64,000 nucleotides of DNA, from positions 1,224,816 through 1,288,815 of the forward strand of contig MU004191.1 of NCBI GenBank assembly GCA_010093605.1, given 5' to 3'. The stretch's first letter is position 1. Each line of letters begins with the position of its first letter. This DNA comes from Lophium mytilinum. Its lineage: Eukaryota. Below the pieces are notes generated by a model. The model had not been told where the DNA came from, made no database searches, and was given only the letters and a program-made list of their open reading frames with translations. Both the position numbers and the translations under genes were made by a program. This document shows positions 1 to 13,080 of this stretch, piece after piece.

Positions 1-133
1 GTGAGAGGGGATGATGAGCGATAGGACGAAGCTTGAAAAATCGCTTCGATCAGTTCAGACGACAGGCGACGGCGATGATGTTTTGCCATATCGCTATCGC
101 TCATCTCGTAGGAGCAGCGGAATCAGTACTTAC

Positions 134-558
134 AGTCGCGGCTTCTTCTTGGGGCCAGGCTTGCCTCGAGGCTTTGGCAGACCATCAGGTGTGAGGTTGG
201 CAGCGCCCCTCTTGGAGCCGGGCTTTGGTCCAGGGACGCCCTTTCGCTTCACGCCAGCAGCTGTAGGAGGTGCCAGAGAGCTCGAGGCGGTGGTCGAGTT
301 GGGCAGCAATGGAGTGGCGTTCGAGTCGGACGGGTTCTCGGAGGACGATGGCTCGTTTGCTGTCGCAGTCGGAGTCAAGGTCGACGTGGAGGAGGGCTTT
401 CGTGAGCTTGAGTCCTTTCGCGCCAACTCAGGGCTGGCCGAGGGGAACTGCCTGAGCTTGTCGGCAGGCAGGGAGAATTTGACAACCAGGGACTTGGTCA
501 GGCGAGCAGCCATCTTGGTGGTGGCAGGCGCTGGGGTGGCAGCGGTGATGGACGACAT
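134..558 (-). CDS. INO80 complex subunit Ies4-like protein, first exon; remainder lies further left (partial)
   Basis: Ser/Thr/Pro-rich ORF ending KRKGVPGPKPGSKR...GLPKPRGKPGPKKKPRL, typical of fungal Ies4 proteins. A GTAAGT donor follows at 133. Confidence 0.7.
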
Positions 559-2265
559 GGTCGACAGGCCGGCGTTAGAGCTGTGGTTGATGATGGAAAG
601 GAGTCGTGGTGATGGCGACGGGGAGGGCGGGTTTCAGTCAGGGCGCTTGGTCAAAGAGGCCGTCACAGGCGCGAGCGGCGAGCACAGCGGTGCGTGGCTG
701 GCGAGCAGCGGCGTGAGTCGCGACAGGGTGGTCTGGTGTGCGTGCCACGAAGTATCTGGATGGCTTCGTGGAGGGTTGGGTGGTGTGTGGGTGTGGAGGG
801 CGAGGGCTGGTGTGAGGAGGAGGGCGGAAGCTTGGTGTCTTGCATGATGCGGCTGGTATGGAGTGCTCATTCTCGGCCGGCATCGCTAAGGATTATTGGG
901 GGACTCTGCTGGTAATTCTGGATGGCCCAGGTGAAGCCAGGAGATTTACGCACGGGCCAACCCAAGCGCTCCTCAACACCACTCGATTCTGGCGATGGGC
1001 GATGCTGCATCCGGCGCGTGTGCATTCGGCGGCCCTCGTCGCAAAATGTGCGTTGAGCTGCCCGAATTACTGCTCGTCCACGGCGTGCCTCTGCGCGCGA
1101 ATGCCCGTTTGCGAGTGTTCGGCGTGTCTCCTGCCTGCGCGGCTTCTCTTGCAACAGGACTTGTGCCCATCTCTCCGCCCCTCCGGCTTAGCTGGTTCGG
1201 CCCTGCCCAGTCCAGTGAGGCTTATGTGGCCAATCCGCCCCGAATTCGTGCAAAACACGCTCCCCAGGCTCCCCGACGGTCTGAAAAGCAAGCATCAAAG
1301 CCCACCGCCATTGTTCCAGAGCCACGTCGGGCTCCACCTGCTGCCCTCGTTGTTCCTCTTTGTTCCTCGTTCTTGGGGCAGCTACGTCGCTTTGTTCCCA
1401 CGCAGGTACCGCAAACCTTGGAGGCCGCTATATCGCGTTATCTTGTCGTCAGCCCACACGGTGCGGCCCTTGCAGCCTGCAATCACCCTCTTCCCTCGCC
1501 ATCCGTCAGCTCCTCACTACTGCCCCGGACGAGCCACGCTTCGGCCTCCGACGCTGCAAATGCCCTCATGTCGCTACCTACGCTTGTACGGCGGAAGACT
1601 GATTTCAAACCAGACCTGTGACTTCCCGTACATCTCCAGTACTCGGATATTAATCTCCAGGCTTGCTAGGGCCTTGCCGCCTTTTCAGGATTTCGTTGAC
1701 ATCGCATCGTCTATTTTAGTGAGGAGCTATCATGGCCTGGCTCCGCGGGTCACAACTCCTTAACCAAGGTGCAAGCGTCTTCGAAGCCGGCGCGATCCGT
1801 GCCCGCGTCAAGTAGCATCTTCTCCCAGATTTCAGGCTGTATTCAAGTCGCACAAAAAGTGAAGCTACGCAAGCAGTGGCAAGCACCCTTTTTAATAATT
1901 GGACGATCTAGTCACCGCACGTCACGTCAAGATCACGTGATCGAGCTTCCTTTTTCCGGACATTAGCACTCAAAGTCAACGAAATTGCTAGAAGTACATC
2001 ACTTATAGTACTGAAATACTCCAGAAGTGGTTAATGTGGGATGAAGGGACTACTCTAGGTAATTATTCAAAGTCGAGAATCGAATGCGATGTCGTAGGCA
2101 AGTCAACACCTTCCGAGGGACTTCCAAGTGCAGTGCAGGTCAAAACATATTCAAAGGCTAGTCTGAATAACACTCATTTCTATGTCTGAACTCGAACATA
2201 TTCATGACTGCGCATTGAAACCGCATAAGGAGAAGGGGCATACACTAACGCAGTGTTCGACCAAT

Positions 2266-2737
2266 CAGCACGGCTCTTCGAATTCGCAGGATGCGGAAAG
2301 TCCCCTGACATTTTCCGAGGTTAGCCTAGCCAAGTACACGCTGTTCCAACTGCCGTAAAGGACTCGGTATAGAATCGCTGGTCTCGTTTTGATGGACTTC
2401 GAGTCACAGTCTGAGAGGTCGTTCTTGCCCTTCACTCGATATCTCACTTGCCAAGCATCCCGTTGAAGATCGGGAAGATGGTCCCGGTGGTGGCGATAAC
2501 ACGGACCTGAAGGAACATAGAGGAAGATGATACTTCAACTGCAAGCCCCGCAAAGAAGCAGACTCGAGAACTGCCGAAGCTTCAAACGCCTCTGAACATG
2601 CTGGTCACATGCACACGGGTAGTCGCGTCTATTCCGAGAAGAGTGAGTAGAATCCAGGACCAGCGCGTTCCGGACCGCTACATCCTGGCCTTTGTACGAC
2701 ACTCCCAAAACGCCTATCTCCGCTATGAACTTGGGTA
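2266..2737 (+). pseudogene. Possible degenerate remnant of an F-box-like hypothetical gene
   Basis: One frame reads TLFQLP*RTRYRIAGLVL (LP..R.RI..LV-like, interrupted by TAA). A later frame reads PLNMLVTCTRV. No intact ORF. Confidence 0.2.
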
Positions 2738-3223
2738 GTCCACTGCCACCCTTTAATGCTCAGGTCGCCTCCCGAAGTAGCTCTAACATGTAGCCTAAAT
2801 AATACCCTTTTAGGCACTACTCCCTATACACGTGTTTGTACAGGTATTGAGTGACTCGAGTAGTGGTAGAATGGAGATTTACGCAACAGTGACGAAGTGC
2901 AGTATGTAGGTGACAGGTCACTTCGAAACTTTGCTTCTTCGATAATATTTCCGCGTTGACGCAAGCTGCGGGCCGCGTTCCTCATCACGAGCACTGGTGG
3001 TGTAACAGTGCATCAGGGGCCCCCGCGGTACAAATACTTACAGGCTGAAGGTCTTCTCCTCTTTCCCTCTACCAAGTTTGCTCCCCGTGATTTTCTTGCC
3101 ATCCTCTCGATCCGTTCCAGCTCCCCTCACGTTCTGCGATATATCTTCAGATCTCGCCAGAATAACCTTTGAATCTTTTGATCAACCTCATCTACCTTTC
3201 ATTGTACCGCGTATCCAACCCGA

Positions 3224-4548
3224 ATGCCTATCATGGGGACGTGGTACTGGGTTTCTGACATGCCCAACCCGCCCTCTGTTTCTTTTAGCACAGAAAACAA
3301 TGTCGAGCGAGAAACTACTCCACCACAAGGCTACACCGACGACGGTAGCTCGCGGATAGGCTACCCGACCTTCCCCGATCCAGACCCTTGGGACGAGTTC
3401 CGTTACGAATGTCATCAGATAAACCTGTTCAAGATGGCGATGCGGATGGACAGCAGAGTCGAAAGGGAACGGAAGTTACTCGAAGTGCGGGTAAAGGATC
3501 AGATCCGTGCTGAGGAAAGGCAACGGACAACAGCGGAGGCACGAAGGAAGATGCAGAAGAGACACGCACAACGAAGGAGACGAACGAAGGTGGTGAAAAG
3601 GTGGATCGCGTCGTCGCAAAGCCAACCAGGTAGTGAGGTTAATCCGGTTGATTTGACTTCAGATATCGACAACACTCCCACTCCTCAAAACGATGCGGCG
3701 GAGGGATCATTTTCACTACCTCACAGCCTTCGTTCGCCGATGCTGGGGTCCCGTGCCACGCTTCCATCACCACGAGCCGGTAATAGGAAGCTAGCTACCC
3801 GATCTTCATCCGGAACATCTACATCGCCGCGTCGATTACATTCTATCAAAATCCCACCGTCGACCATCAACCGCGATGAATATCAGTACATCGAAGTCCC
3901 TGAACCGCCGGTGACTCCTGTAAGACAGGTCAGCCGTGACGAGTTTGGGACTGCAATGTCCACGCCTGCTTCCGTCAGAAGTTACGCAACGAGTGCTCCG
4001 ACGCCCTCATCCATCTCGACCACTCCTTACACGCCCACCGTCGGAGACCCTGCCGAAGCATCGGACATTGATGGCAGCGTGGCTCCTCGAAAAAACGCTC
4101 TAAACCTCACGCGGGTAAGTTTGAGTGCAAGGTCTCCTGACGAGTCTACATACACCAAGAGAATAAACATACACTCAACAAACTGCACACACTTCCTTGA
4201 CTACTACAAATAGCACAACACCTTCTTCAACCCAATGTGCACGATGCCCGTATATGCATAAAGATACTGGATCGCCCATAAGCAATTCGTAGAAGAGTGT
4301 GCACAGGCTTCCACCACGACGCCGTATTATTTCATGCCTTTTTTGTACTTAAAGCTGACAACACACGTAGGCCCCCCAACGCCGCAAAAGAGCTCGCATC
4401 GAGCAAGACCGCCCCATCCCTAAAACTAAAACGATCACCCGGTCTAGGCCCCCTCACGCCCCCAAGACCCGCCGTCGAGTCACCGAGGAAACGGCTGTTC
4501 AGAATCACGGCACCCGCGGTTGGGGATGGGGAGGGCTGGATTGGATGA
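3224..4548 (+). CDS. Hypothetical low-complexity protein (basic coiled coil plus Ser/Thr/Pro-rich region); 3' structure uncertain
   Basis: 329-aa ORF 3224-4213. GTAAGT donor at 4115. Intron-like segment 4324-4370 (GT...GCTGAC...TAG) joins in frame to the ORF ending at 4548. Confidence 0.5.
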
Positions 4549-5052
4549 AAATTTTCTGAGGTGGTGTGTGAAGACTGATTTCATTGTTTGCAATGGAAGG
4601 GAGGAGGTTGATGTGTGAATCTTGAAGGAACCGTGGGCGGTAAGGTGCTTGCATTGGTTTTGCCGGTTTGCGTCAAGATGACAGGTTTTTGTAGAAGATT
4701 TTAGCGTAGTATATGGGTATAGTTTGGTTTCTAGCACATCTTCGCCCTGTTCTGACCTGCTCTTCGTGATACGTTTTGGGCATATAAGTGTACAACGCGA
4801 CCGTCGAACTCTTCGTCCAGTCAAGGCTGCGTACAGAATCGACACTTCCGGGACTGCTCTGGGCGAGCCTGCGTAATTGAAAACAGAACATGTCCAAGAT
4901 GGCATCGCTTCGGATCCCGCGAGTCTGCTCCGCTACGGTTTCCTCCCAGGTTCGTGAAGTAGGTCGGCTGGGGTGGCACCGCTCCCGTTCGCTGTAGGCC
5001 GATATGGTTGGATTCAAGAGGGGTGACAATGATATCGTTGTCCTCCCTCGGA

Positions 5053-6006
5053 TCATGCCTCCTGGCTAGTCTCCTGACTATGCCTCAATATCCCCTTCGG
5101 CTTCGGCTTCGGCACCACAGTCTTCTTCAACCCCTCCCTCCCATTTACATTTCCCTCCCTCTCCCTCGGCCTCGCCTCCCTCTCATCCGCCTCCCTGGCC
5201 TCCTCATCCGACACAAGTGACGCCTCAATCTTCACCAACCCCCCCCTCTTCTCCGCCTTCGTCGCCACAATCTCAAGATCCACAATCCGCGCCTCCAAAA
5301 AGCCTTCCACCTTCTCCCCCTCCTCTGTCACAAAATACCCCTGCCCTCCCTCCGCCTCCTTCCTCCGCCGGCGCTGCTTCTTCCCCTGCGCGGCGGCGTC
5401 GTCGCCGTCCTTCTCCGCCCCCTCCCCATCCCGCACCCACCGCCAACTTCTCGGCATATGTGCCGCCCGAATCGTCACGGATACTAGATTCAGGAAGACG
5501 AGGCTGACCTGCGCCTGCGACTGGAAGTGCACAAACGCGCGCAGGGTGCTGTTCTTCGCCGGCCGGCAGACCACGAAGTCGGCCGTCAGCCACACGAACG
5601 CGACCGCGAAGGAGTCGACTGCTTTCGCGAGCACCACGGGCGATGTCTCAGTGGTGCTGCTGGCTGTGCTGGCGCCGGTCTCCGGGTGTTCCGATAGCCG
5701 CGCGTTGCTGTAGCTGAGCACGATGCCGTCGAGCGGGGGGTAGTAGGTCAGGAGGAGCGGGGAGAGGAACTCGGCGCAGAGGGCGGCGGCGGGGTAGGCG
5801 GAGGCGATGGGCGGGACGGGGAGGTAGAGGGAGAGGGTTTGGAGGTGGTAGAGGGAGGAGCTGGGGGTTTGCTGGGCGGTGGATGCGGAGGCTTCGGCTT
5901 GGGGGTGGTGTCGATGGCGCTTTTTGCTGCGGGAGGAGGGGTCGGCTTCCCCGCCGTCGCGGTGGCGCTTTTTGGAGCTCTTTTTGTCGGGTTTGGTCCT
6001 GCTCAT
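5053..6006 (-). CDS. RPA43: RNA polymerase I subunit RPA43
   Basis: Intronless 317 aa. Motifs LSLYLPVPPI, LLLTYYPPLDGIVLSYSN and VWLTADFVVCRP match the RPA43 N-terminal/OB architecture; basic termini. Confidence 0.85.
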   Translation of the reverse strand: MSRTKPDKKSSKKRHRDGGEADPSSRSKKRHRHHPQAEASASTAQQTPSSSLYHLQTLSLYLPVPPIASAYPAAALCAEFLSPLLLTYYPPLDGIVLSYSNARLSEHPETGASTASSTTETSPVVLAKAVDSFAVAFVWLTADFVVCRPAKNSTLRAFVHFQSQAQVSLVFLNLVSVTIRAAHMPRSWRWVRDGEGAEKDGDDAAAQGKKQRRRRKEAEGGQGYFVTEEGEKVEGFLEARIVDLEIVATKAEKRGGLVKIEASLVSDEEAREADEREARPREREGNVNGREGLKKTVVPKPKPKGILRHSQETSQEA

Positions 6007-6978
6007 TGTGAGGTTCGGGTTGGATTGCGCTGGGTTGAGCGGGATTGCGTAGCAGGAAAAAAAGTTAAGGATGCTGGAGTTCGAGGAAGGTTTTCGCTAG
6101 TAAGCGAGTCATGCTACACGTGACGCTCGACGGTGAGCTTATGCGGTGAACTTCATTTCTGTAGAATTCGAGTCTTGTACTCGATTGCGTTGATTTACAC
6201 AGGAGTATACTATGAGAGCATAGAGGCGCTCCATGCGTTGATATAGAAATTCAACAGCAAGCTTTGCGATGTCAGCATTCAATGCATCCTCGATCGGTCA
6301 TTACACGTTGAATCCAGAATTCTCGAAATCATTCATGAGTAGCTTCAGAAGAATTTGAAATGTTCGGGGTTGATTGATTGGCTTTTGGGTGTTGTTATGA
6401 CGAGAGGCACAGGCTTCATGTGGAGGTGTTGGAGATGTTGGGGTGTTGGGCCAACGACCAATCGGTGCTTCTATGGGTTTTGAGGAATTGTATGAGTTTC
6501 GTACGGAGAGATCGTCTTCGTTGTAATTATTATCATCACATAGGTACCTCCCTGACGTCCCTGGCTCCCCACAGCTTTCACATGTTCCTCCGTTTGGCTA
6601 CAGACGGGCAGTTTTCTAGAAGACACTCTGCCGCGAACTAGAACCGGCCTCAGAGCCTAGAATTGTGGCGGTGTGGCTGCGGCCGCACAGCCACGGTCCC
6701 GGCAACCACCAGTAATGTCGTGCGCTTCTGACGTAGGCGCGCGGGAGGGTTAATGTTGGTGTTGGACGCCTGCTGTTGGGCACGATGCGGCTTGGCTGGT
6801 CTCCGCCAACAGGAAACCCCTCCTCAGCTCTAACGTTATCTCCTTCAAAGTTTCGTCAGTATTTAATCTGCACCACATCCCCACGAATCTCGCGTTTGGT
6901 GTCCTGTTCGATTGTTTAAGACTCACGCAAGTGCTACACCAAGTCTCTCATCTACTCCCCCTCCACCGCACCGCCGTC

Positions 6979-8560
6979 ATGGCAGGCCACCACGATCCCC
7001 GGTTGCTCTACTCGATTGGGGGCATTCGAGCCTACCATATCCAGGACGGAGAAGAAGCGCCCCTCACTCCCTCTGGAGCTCAGACCCTCTCCCTGCTCAT
7101 GGTCCCTACAAGCTCTCCCTTCGCCGACCTGAGCAATACTCGAGGCCAGAACGAAGCGCCCGAAGAAGATTTCTACCTGCATCTCAATTTGCCTCCAGAG
7201 CTCGATCTCCCCCTTCCTGCAACGACCCAGATATACCACCAGCCGCCCAGAAGCTATCTGATCCCCCGATGGGATCTCGGCCCGGAAAGTGGCGCCTTTA
7301 CGCGCATCGAGTTCCCACCGCTTGGGAAGAGCTCAAACCATGTCACGCAAGAAGACGTAGATACGTTCGAGACTATACTAGCACAGTGTACCGCTTTCCT
7401 GGAACGTGCGACTGCTCCGCAATCAGAGAAGAGCGCCAAACCATACAACCCTGCAGATTTCGCGCCAGGGGAGGGATACGTGGGCACTGGTGAACATCTA
7501 CATGGCCAGATCGTCCTCGTTGACGAGGACAATGGTAGCGTCGTTGGAGAATTGGCCGAAGGTGCCAACGTAGTCGAATCTGCGTCACTCAAACCAGGAT
7601 CAAAGAGTAAGCTACCTTGATAACACCTATATGGTTCTTGCTAACACATGACCAGACCCAGTCGAGATTCAAGTATCTGAGGACGGCCAACGGATCGAAG
7701 TTCGCCCGATCTCCGAAGACTACTTGAAGATGGCCCGACATCCCGCATACAAAGACTCGTCACTCGTCCAAAACGCTGCGGCGGCGTCCCGGCTCATTGT
7801 CACTGGATCTAGCTATGTCAGCAACATGCTCGTCTCAGGCGCCGAAACCTTTACTCAAAAGACGAAGCCTACTGCCAAGCCCATGACTTTCAAGCCCACA
7901 ACTCACCAGTCTGTTCGCAAGATCAACACATTCACGACTGGCGCTGCAGGCATATCGGCTAAGACTGTTGGGCAAGCGACGAAGTATGCACAGAACATTG
8001 GCGCGTCCCTGTCTGGACGGAAAGCGAAAAACGCCAAGGGCGTTCCAGAAGACTATAAGCCTGGCCTTCTGAACAAGTCTATGATTGCGTTCTCCACTAT
8101 TGCGGACGGCATTGCACACTCCGGGAAGAGTCTTCTTACAACTTCAGGGGCTGCTGCAACTACGGTAGTCGGACACAGATACGGACCCGACGCAGGATCT
8201 ATCGCTGCAGATCTTGCTGGTGGTGTGAAGAACGTCGGTCTTGTCTACATCGATGTGACTGGTGTCTCGCGACGTGCCGTCATCAAGTCTGTGGCAAAGG
8301 GTATGGTTGTAGGTAAGGTCAAGGGTGGAGGCGAGGTAGTCGTTGGCGGTGGAGACGGAGGAGTCTTTAACCCCGACGACTTCAAGCAAGGCGGCGGCGT
8401 CACGAACGACAACCTTGGACAGGGTCAGGTTGGTGGACCTGGAGGGGTTGTCGGGTTTGGTAATGCTGCGCCGTCGACTTATTCTTCTGGCGCTGGACCG
8501 TACTCATCTGGCCTCGGGGAGTCTATAGAAGGCTCATATGCCCCTGAAAAGAAGCGTTAA
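6979..8560 (+). CDS. Spartin/senescence-domain protein
   Basis: ATG 6979, intron about 7607-7655. N-terminal LLYSIGGIRAYHI...YLIPRWD region; C-terminal senescence-domain motifs VVGHRYGPDAG and VYIDVTGVSRRAVIK. Confidence 0.8.
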
Positions 8561-9028
8561 GCGGTAAATTCAGTTGGTAGGGACGGTTCGGTCACGGTTC
8601 GGTCACGAGAAGATGATGGCGTCATGGTCTGGTATGCAATAGGCCTTGGTTTGGCATTTGTTTGGTGCAGTAGTGCTAGGACACAAAGTTTGGGCAGGTT
8701 GTCTCTTTATATCGTCCCGCTTTATGAAGAGGTGCTAAAGCATCACAAACAGCAGCAAGTAGGCTGATTGCCAGGTTTGTAATATCTCTGATTCACGCTC
8801 CTAGGGACTTAACATTTTGTCAAACTGTCACGAAGTAGCCCGAACGGTTGTGAGCAAGTGTGTCCATTCACTTCATGAGCAATTGTTGACCCACGGGCCC
8901 GTTCTCCTGGCACCTCACTTTATGACGTCCCACCAACAACCTTAAATTCTTTTCAACCCTTCTGTACACAACGCCATCCATCAACCACCATTCAACACTT
9001 GCAACAGCCCGATTCTACCACCACCATT

Positions 9029-9113
9029 CTACTCTACTCTACTCTACTCTACTCTACTCTACTCTACTCTACTCTACTCTACTCTACTCTACTCTACTCT
9101 ACTCTACTCTACT
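9029..9113 (+). repeat. Perfect (CTACT)17 microsatellite
   Basis: Directly visible; produces the LYSTL repeats in the spurious ORF extension. Confidence 0.97.
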
Positions 9114-9157
9114 CTTGCTTCGGCTCCGCCCACCATCTATACACCATCTCCGAAACC

Positions 9158-9477
9158 ATGCCCAACCTCAGCAACATCATCACCTGCATCGCGACCGCCT
9201 TCCGGGCTGTATCTGAGCGCCACCCGCCTCGTCTGGAGACCATCGAACGAGCCATCAAAGCGTCCGCGATGTTCAATACGGCCAAGGCTGAAGCAAAAGC
9301 AGTGGCCAAAGCAGCGCGCAAGGCCGAGGGCGATGCCGTCTACAAAGGTATATGTAATTCACCATATTCGGTTAGCAGGTACTAACTGAAGTAGCTTGGA
9401 TGGAGCACTTGAGACGCAACGCCGGCAACCTCGACCCGCGGAATAGCCCTCATCAACGATTCGGTCCCCCTTGGTGA
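9158..9477 (+). CDS. Small hypothetical protein, about 90 aa, two exons
   Basis: ATG 9158 in ACCATG context. Intron 9348-9394 (GTATAT...TACTAAC...TAG). Spliced product MPNLSNII...AVYK-AWMEHLRR...FGPPW*. Confidence 0.55.
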
Positions 9478-11152
9478 TAAGTCAGAGTAGGGACTGGAAG
9501 GTTCTCTTTCATCAGGGAATGAGGCTCTCACTCATACGGAAACGAAGCTCTTCTTCATCACGGCGTTTCAAGCGATATACCCGGATTTGGAGTTTTCACG
9601 CTAGCGGCTTCTGGACGAACACGACTATATCTAGATGGCTTGCTGCATATGGTCTATACATAAGGGCTGTTTCCCAAATGGCGAATCGGCATGTCGGGGC
9701 AGGGCTCTAGCTGGTCAGAATTTGATGACGACTTCACAATTTCAAACATTGCATCTTGTGTCCAGGGTGGCCTGCTCGTCCAATATCTTGTCATAGATCC
9801 ATGTGCACCGTCTTACCACAGTCATGGGTCCCTCAATACGCCTCCTATAATCCAAATACGACGGGAAATCATCATGTTGCACAGCCGGTGAGCCTTTTAG
9901 GCCGCCTCGGACGGCAGTATATGAGTGGTAGAGTATTACAGCGTTCCAGGTCTTGGATAGTGCGCTGAAGTACCACATGGAGTAGCAGAACAGTGTACAG
10001 AGATCTGTAATGATGTACGGTACTGTATTGATCCTGAAAGTCTTGGAATCCACAAACAATGCCATATCCAACTGCTACAATTCGTCCGCGAAAATTCTCT
10101 CAAACAGGAACTCCAACCCAGTTTCCAGTAAATACTCCCCCTCTAGTTTCACAAAGGCGCCTCGTCGTCAGTGCACCACACGCTACAGGGTCCTCCCAAG
10201 CCCTCCAATGCAACCGCGCCTCCTTCCTATGTCGATATAGCGCTACCATCCACGCAAAACGTGGCCAGACGCACCTCACTGACACGACAGAAACACCCAG
10301 CGCCACAATATCACCGCCCTCGTGGCATCTGAGCCGCCCGCCACCAACTCTAGCCCCTCCATCCTGCGTCACTCTATCCTGCACGCTGCATACTTGCATC
10401 AACCATGCAATCTCAAAGATTAAAAAACTCACACCCTTGCATAGGGTCGGCCATCCCTCCACCCGCATCACCATTACCCCCTCTGCCTTGACCACGAATC
10501 CCACCGCCCCGGCCACCATCCCGCCCGCGCCACACCCTCACTGTCTCACCGTCCTGCCGTCGTTCGACCCAATAAATCCCGCTCTCCCGCTGCCCGGCCG
10601 TCCCTCCTCGACCCGCCCCGCGTGACGGTTCTGGTTTTTGCGCATCACGCATATGACACTCCGTGGGCCGCTGCTGCTGGGGAATCTAGACTCGACACGG
10701 CAGGTGACGATCTCGCCCTCCATCTCTATGCAAGATCCCGCTACGCGACGTCGTATGCACGCGCAGCCCACATGCGAGGCGGAGCGGAGGGGGGGCAGCG
10801 ATTCGCGAGGGGAGGAGGGGGGGGGGCATAACCCGGTGCTGCGGCCCTGGGCGGCTGAAAGCCAGGCGCTCGGGAAGTGGGATCGGGATGACGGGGCGGC
10901 GCTGGCGGCGGCGGTAGGGTTCTGCCAAGCCCCGCGAAACGAACGTCGGGTGGGTGGTGTGAGAGGGGCGGGGTATGGTGTAATTCCGCTAAGTCATTAA
11001 CTACCTATTTTTTGTCAACACACTAGAAGGCAAAGCCAGAGGCGTGTGACTGACTACTGCACTGTCTCAATTCCTCGCCGCTCTAGAGGCTTTTTTACTT
11101 TTGTGGGAGTTCTTTTTCTAACATCTGTCGAAAGTTTGTTAGCGGCGGAAAC

Positions 11153-12669
11153 ATGTCGTTCTCGCACATCCCTATCCTCCCGCTCAGCGCGGCGCGCGAC
11201 GAGGCGACGAAGCCCCGGTTCCTCGCCGACCTGCGCGACGCGCTGCTGAATGTCGGCTTTCTGTATCTCTCTGAGACGGGGCTGCCGGCAGGGCTGGTGG
11301 CGGATGTGGTGCGGGAGTGTCGGGATTTCTTCGAGACGCTGTCACTGGAAGAGAAGGAGGCCATTGAGATGAAGAATGAGAAGAGCTTTCTGGGGTGGAG
11401 TCGGGTGAGTGGTGATGTTCTCTGTTTAGTCTTGTTTTCGTTATGTTTATGCATTGGATTGTGTCTGAGAGTTTGGTTTGTTGGGAGTCCATGATCACGT
11501 GTAGGAAAAGGAGAGAAGAAGATGGGAATGAAGGTTGATACAATATTTGTACAATCTAGTATATGCTGTCGTTCTATCATAAATGCGTTAGAGTTCATCA
11601 CTATGTACTGGTATCCCCCAACTTCCTCCACCTCATTACTCTATAATACTTCTTCTGCCATACCATCGCTTTTCTCGCGTCTCTTCTAATGCAACGCAAT
11701 GCCTTTTGTTCAATCTCCTGACCTCAAATTAGGTCGACAACGAGACTACAGCCCACAACCCAGACCACCGCGAGCAACTCGACCTCTCAACGCCCCAGCC
11801 CATCCCCTCGCCGACCGCGCCACTCTACCACAACCTCCTCGGGCCGAACCAGTGGCCCTCGCCCACACATCTCCCGGCGTTCCGCCCCGTCTTTGAAGAC
11901 TACATGCGCCGCATGGCTTCTATCAGCACCTTCTTCACCTCGCTGATCGCCGAAGCCATTGGCCTCCCCGCGACGTCCTTCGACGGCTTCTTCGACGCCG
12001 ATCAGCAGCACAAGCTCAAGATCGTAAAGTACCCCGAAGTCGCCATCCCGCCGCTGGGCCCATCCGCAACTGCCGAAGAGAAGCGGAACGAGGACATCGC
12101 GCGCCAGGGCGTCGGGCCGCACAAGGACTCCATGCTGACGAGCTACCTGCTGCAAGCGTCGCCGCAGGCCGGACTGCAAGCGCAGAACGCGCGCGGCGAG
12201 TGGGTAGACTGCCCGCCGATCGACGGCACGCTGGTGGTTGCAATCGGGCAGGGCATGGAGGCGCTGACAGACGGCGTGTGTGCGAGCACGACGCACCGAG
12301 TGCTGTCACCTCGCGAGGGCGAGGGGCCGCGATACAGCGTGCCGTTCTTCCAAGGCGTGAGCTACGACGCGCAGTTTGAAGCGATGGATGTGCCGAGTGC
12401 GGTGCTGAAGCTGAGGGACGAGGCGCGGAAAGGGAGGAAAGACGATGTTGAGTTTACGTTTGTGAAGGGGCGGTGGGGCCATCTCGGAGAGGCGACCTTG
12501 ATGAATAGGATCAAGAGCCATCCTGATGTTGGCGAGAGATGGGTAGGTGCTAATCTTGGATGGATCTGTCGTACGACTATTGCTAACGGTAACACAGTAT
12601 CCAGAGCAACTGGCCCAGATCCGCGCGCAACAGGCTCGAGAAGCTCAGGCTAAAAGCAAGGCTGCCTAG
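11153..12669 (+). CDS. Fe(II)/2-oxoglutarate dioxygenase (IPNS-like, DIOX_N plus 2OG-FeII_Oxy)
   Basis: VGFLYL N-domain; HxD (GPHKDS), distal His (THRV), RxS (RYSVPFF). Introns 11405-11731 and 12543-12597. Confidence 0.9.
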
Positions 12670-13080
12670 TGGCTGAATACTGCATGGGGGCTTGCGAGAG
12701 CCCCGCCGATACGTCGCTTCAGCCGTGTAGGTTTAGGATATCCTAGGATAGCGGACTTCTCTAAGTTGACTTCAGCTCTGGCGGTATGGTGTCCATGGTC
12801 TTGTTGACATGCAACGCTCTAGTGATATCATAGAAGTCTTCTTTTGGCAAGTCAGCCGAACGGCCAAATTGGCCGTCATATCGGGGATTTTTCGGCGCTT
12901 CAAGCACCGGCCGTGATAGACAGGTGCTTGGCTGCAGCGGCCTCTGGGGAGCGCTAGTCGTATTGTTGTCGCTCGGACGATAGAAAATGGATGATGACAG
13001 GCCCACTTTTCCGTAAGCAGCCGTTGAACAATAGATGTGACCAAATGGAATCCAAATGTAGCCAAGGGTGTCTCGCGTGC

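Noticed and set aside
11..1763. Long plus-strand ORFs of 278, 307 and 208 aa
   Set aside because: The first is antisense to the Ies4-like exon. The others are overlapping GC-rich frames with no recognisable domain.
8999..9157. LYSTL repeat protein
   Set aside because: Translation artefact of the (CTACT)n tract from a non-ATG start.
10059..11000. Possible gene upstream of the 2OG oxygenase
   Set aside because: An intron-like segment exists near 10381-10431 but I could not build a convincing protein.
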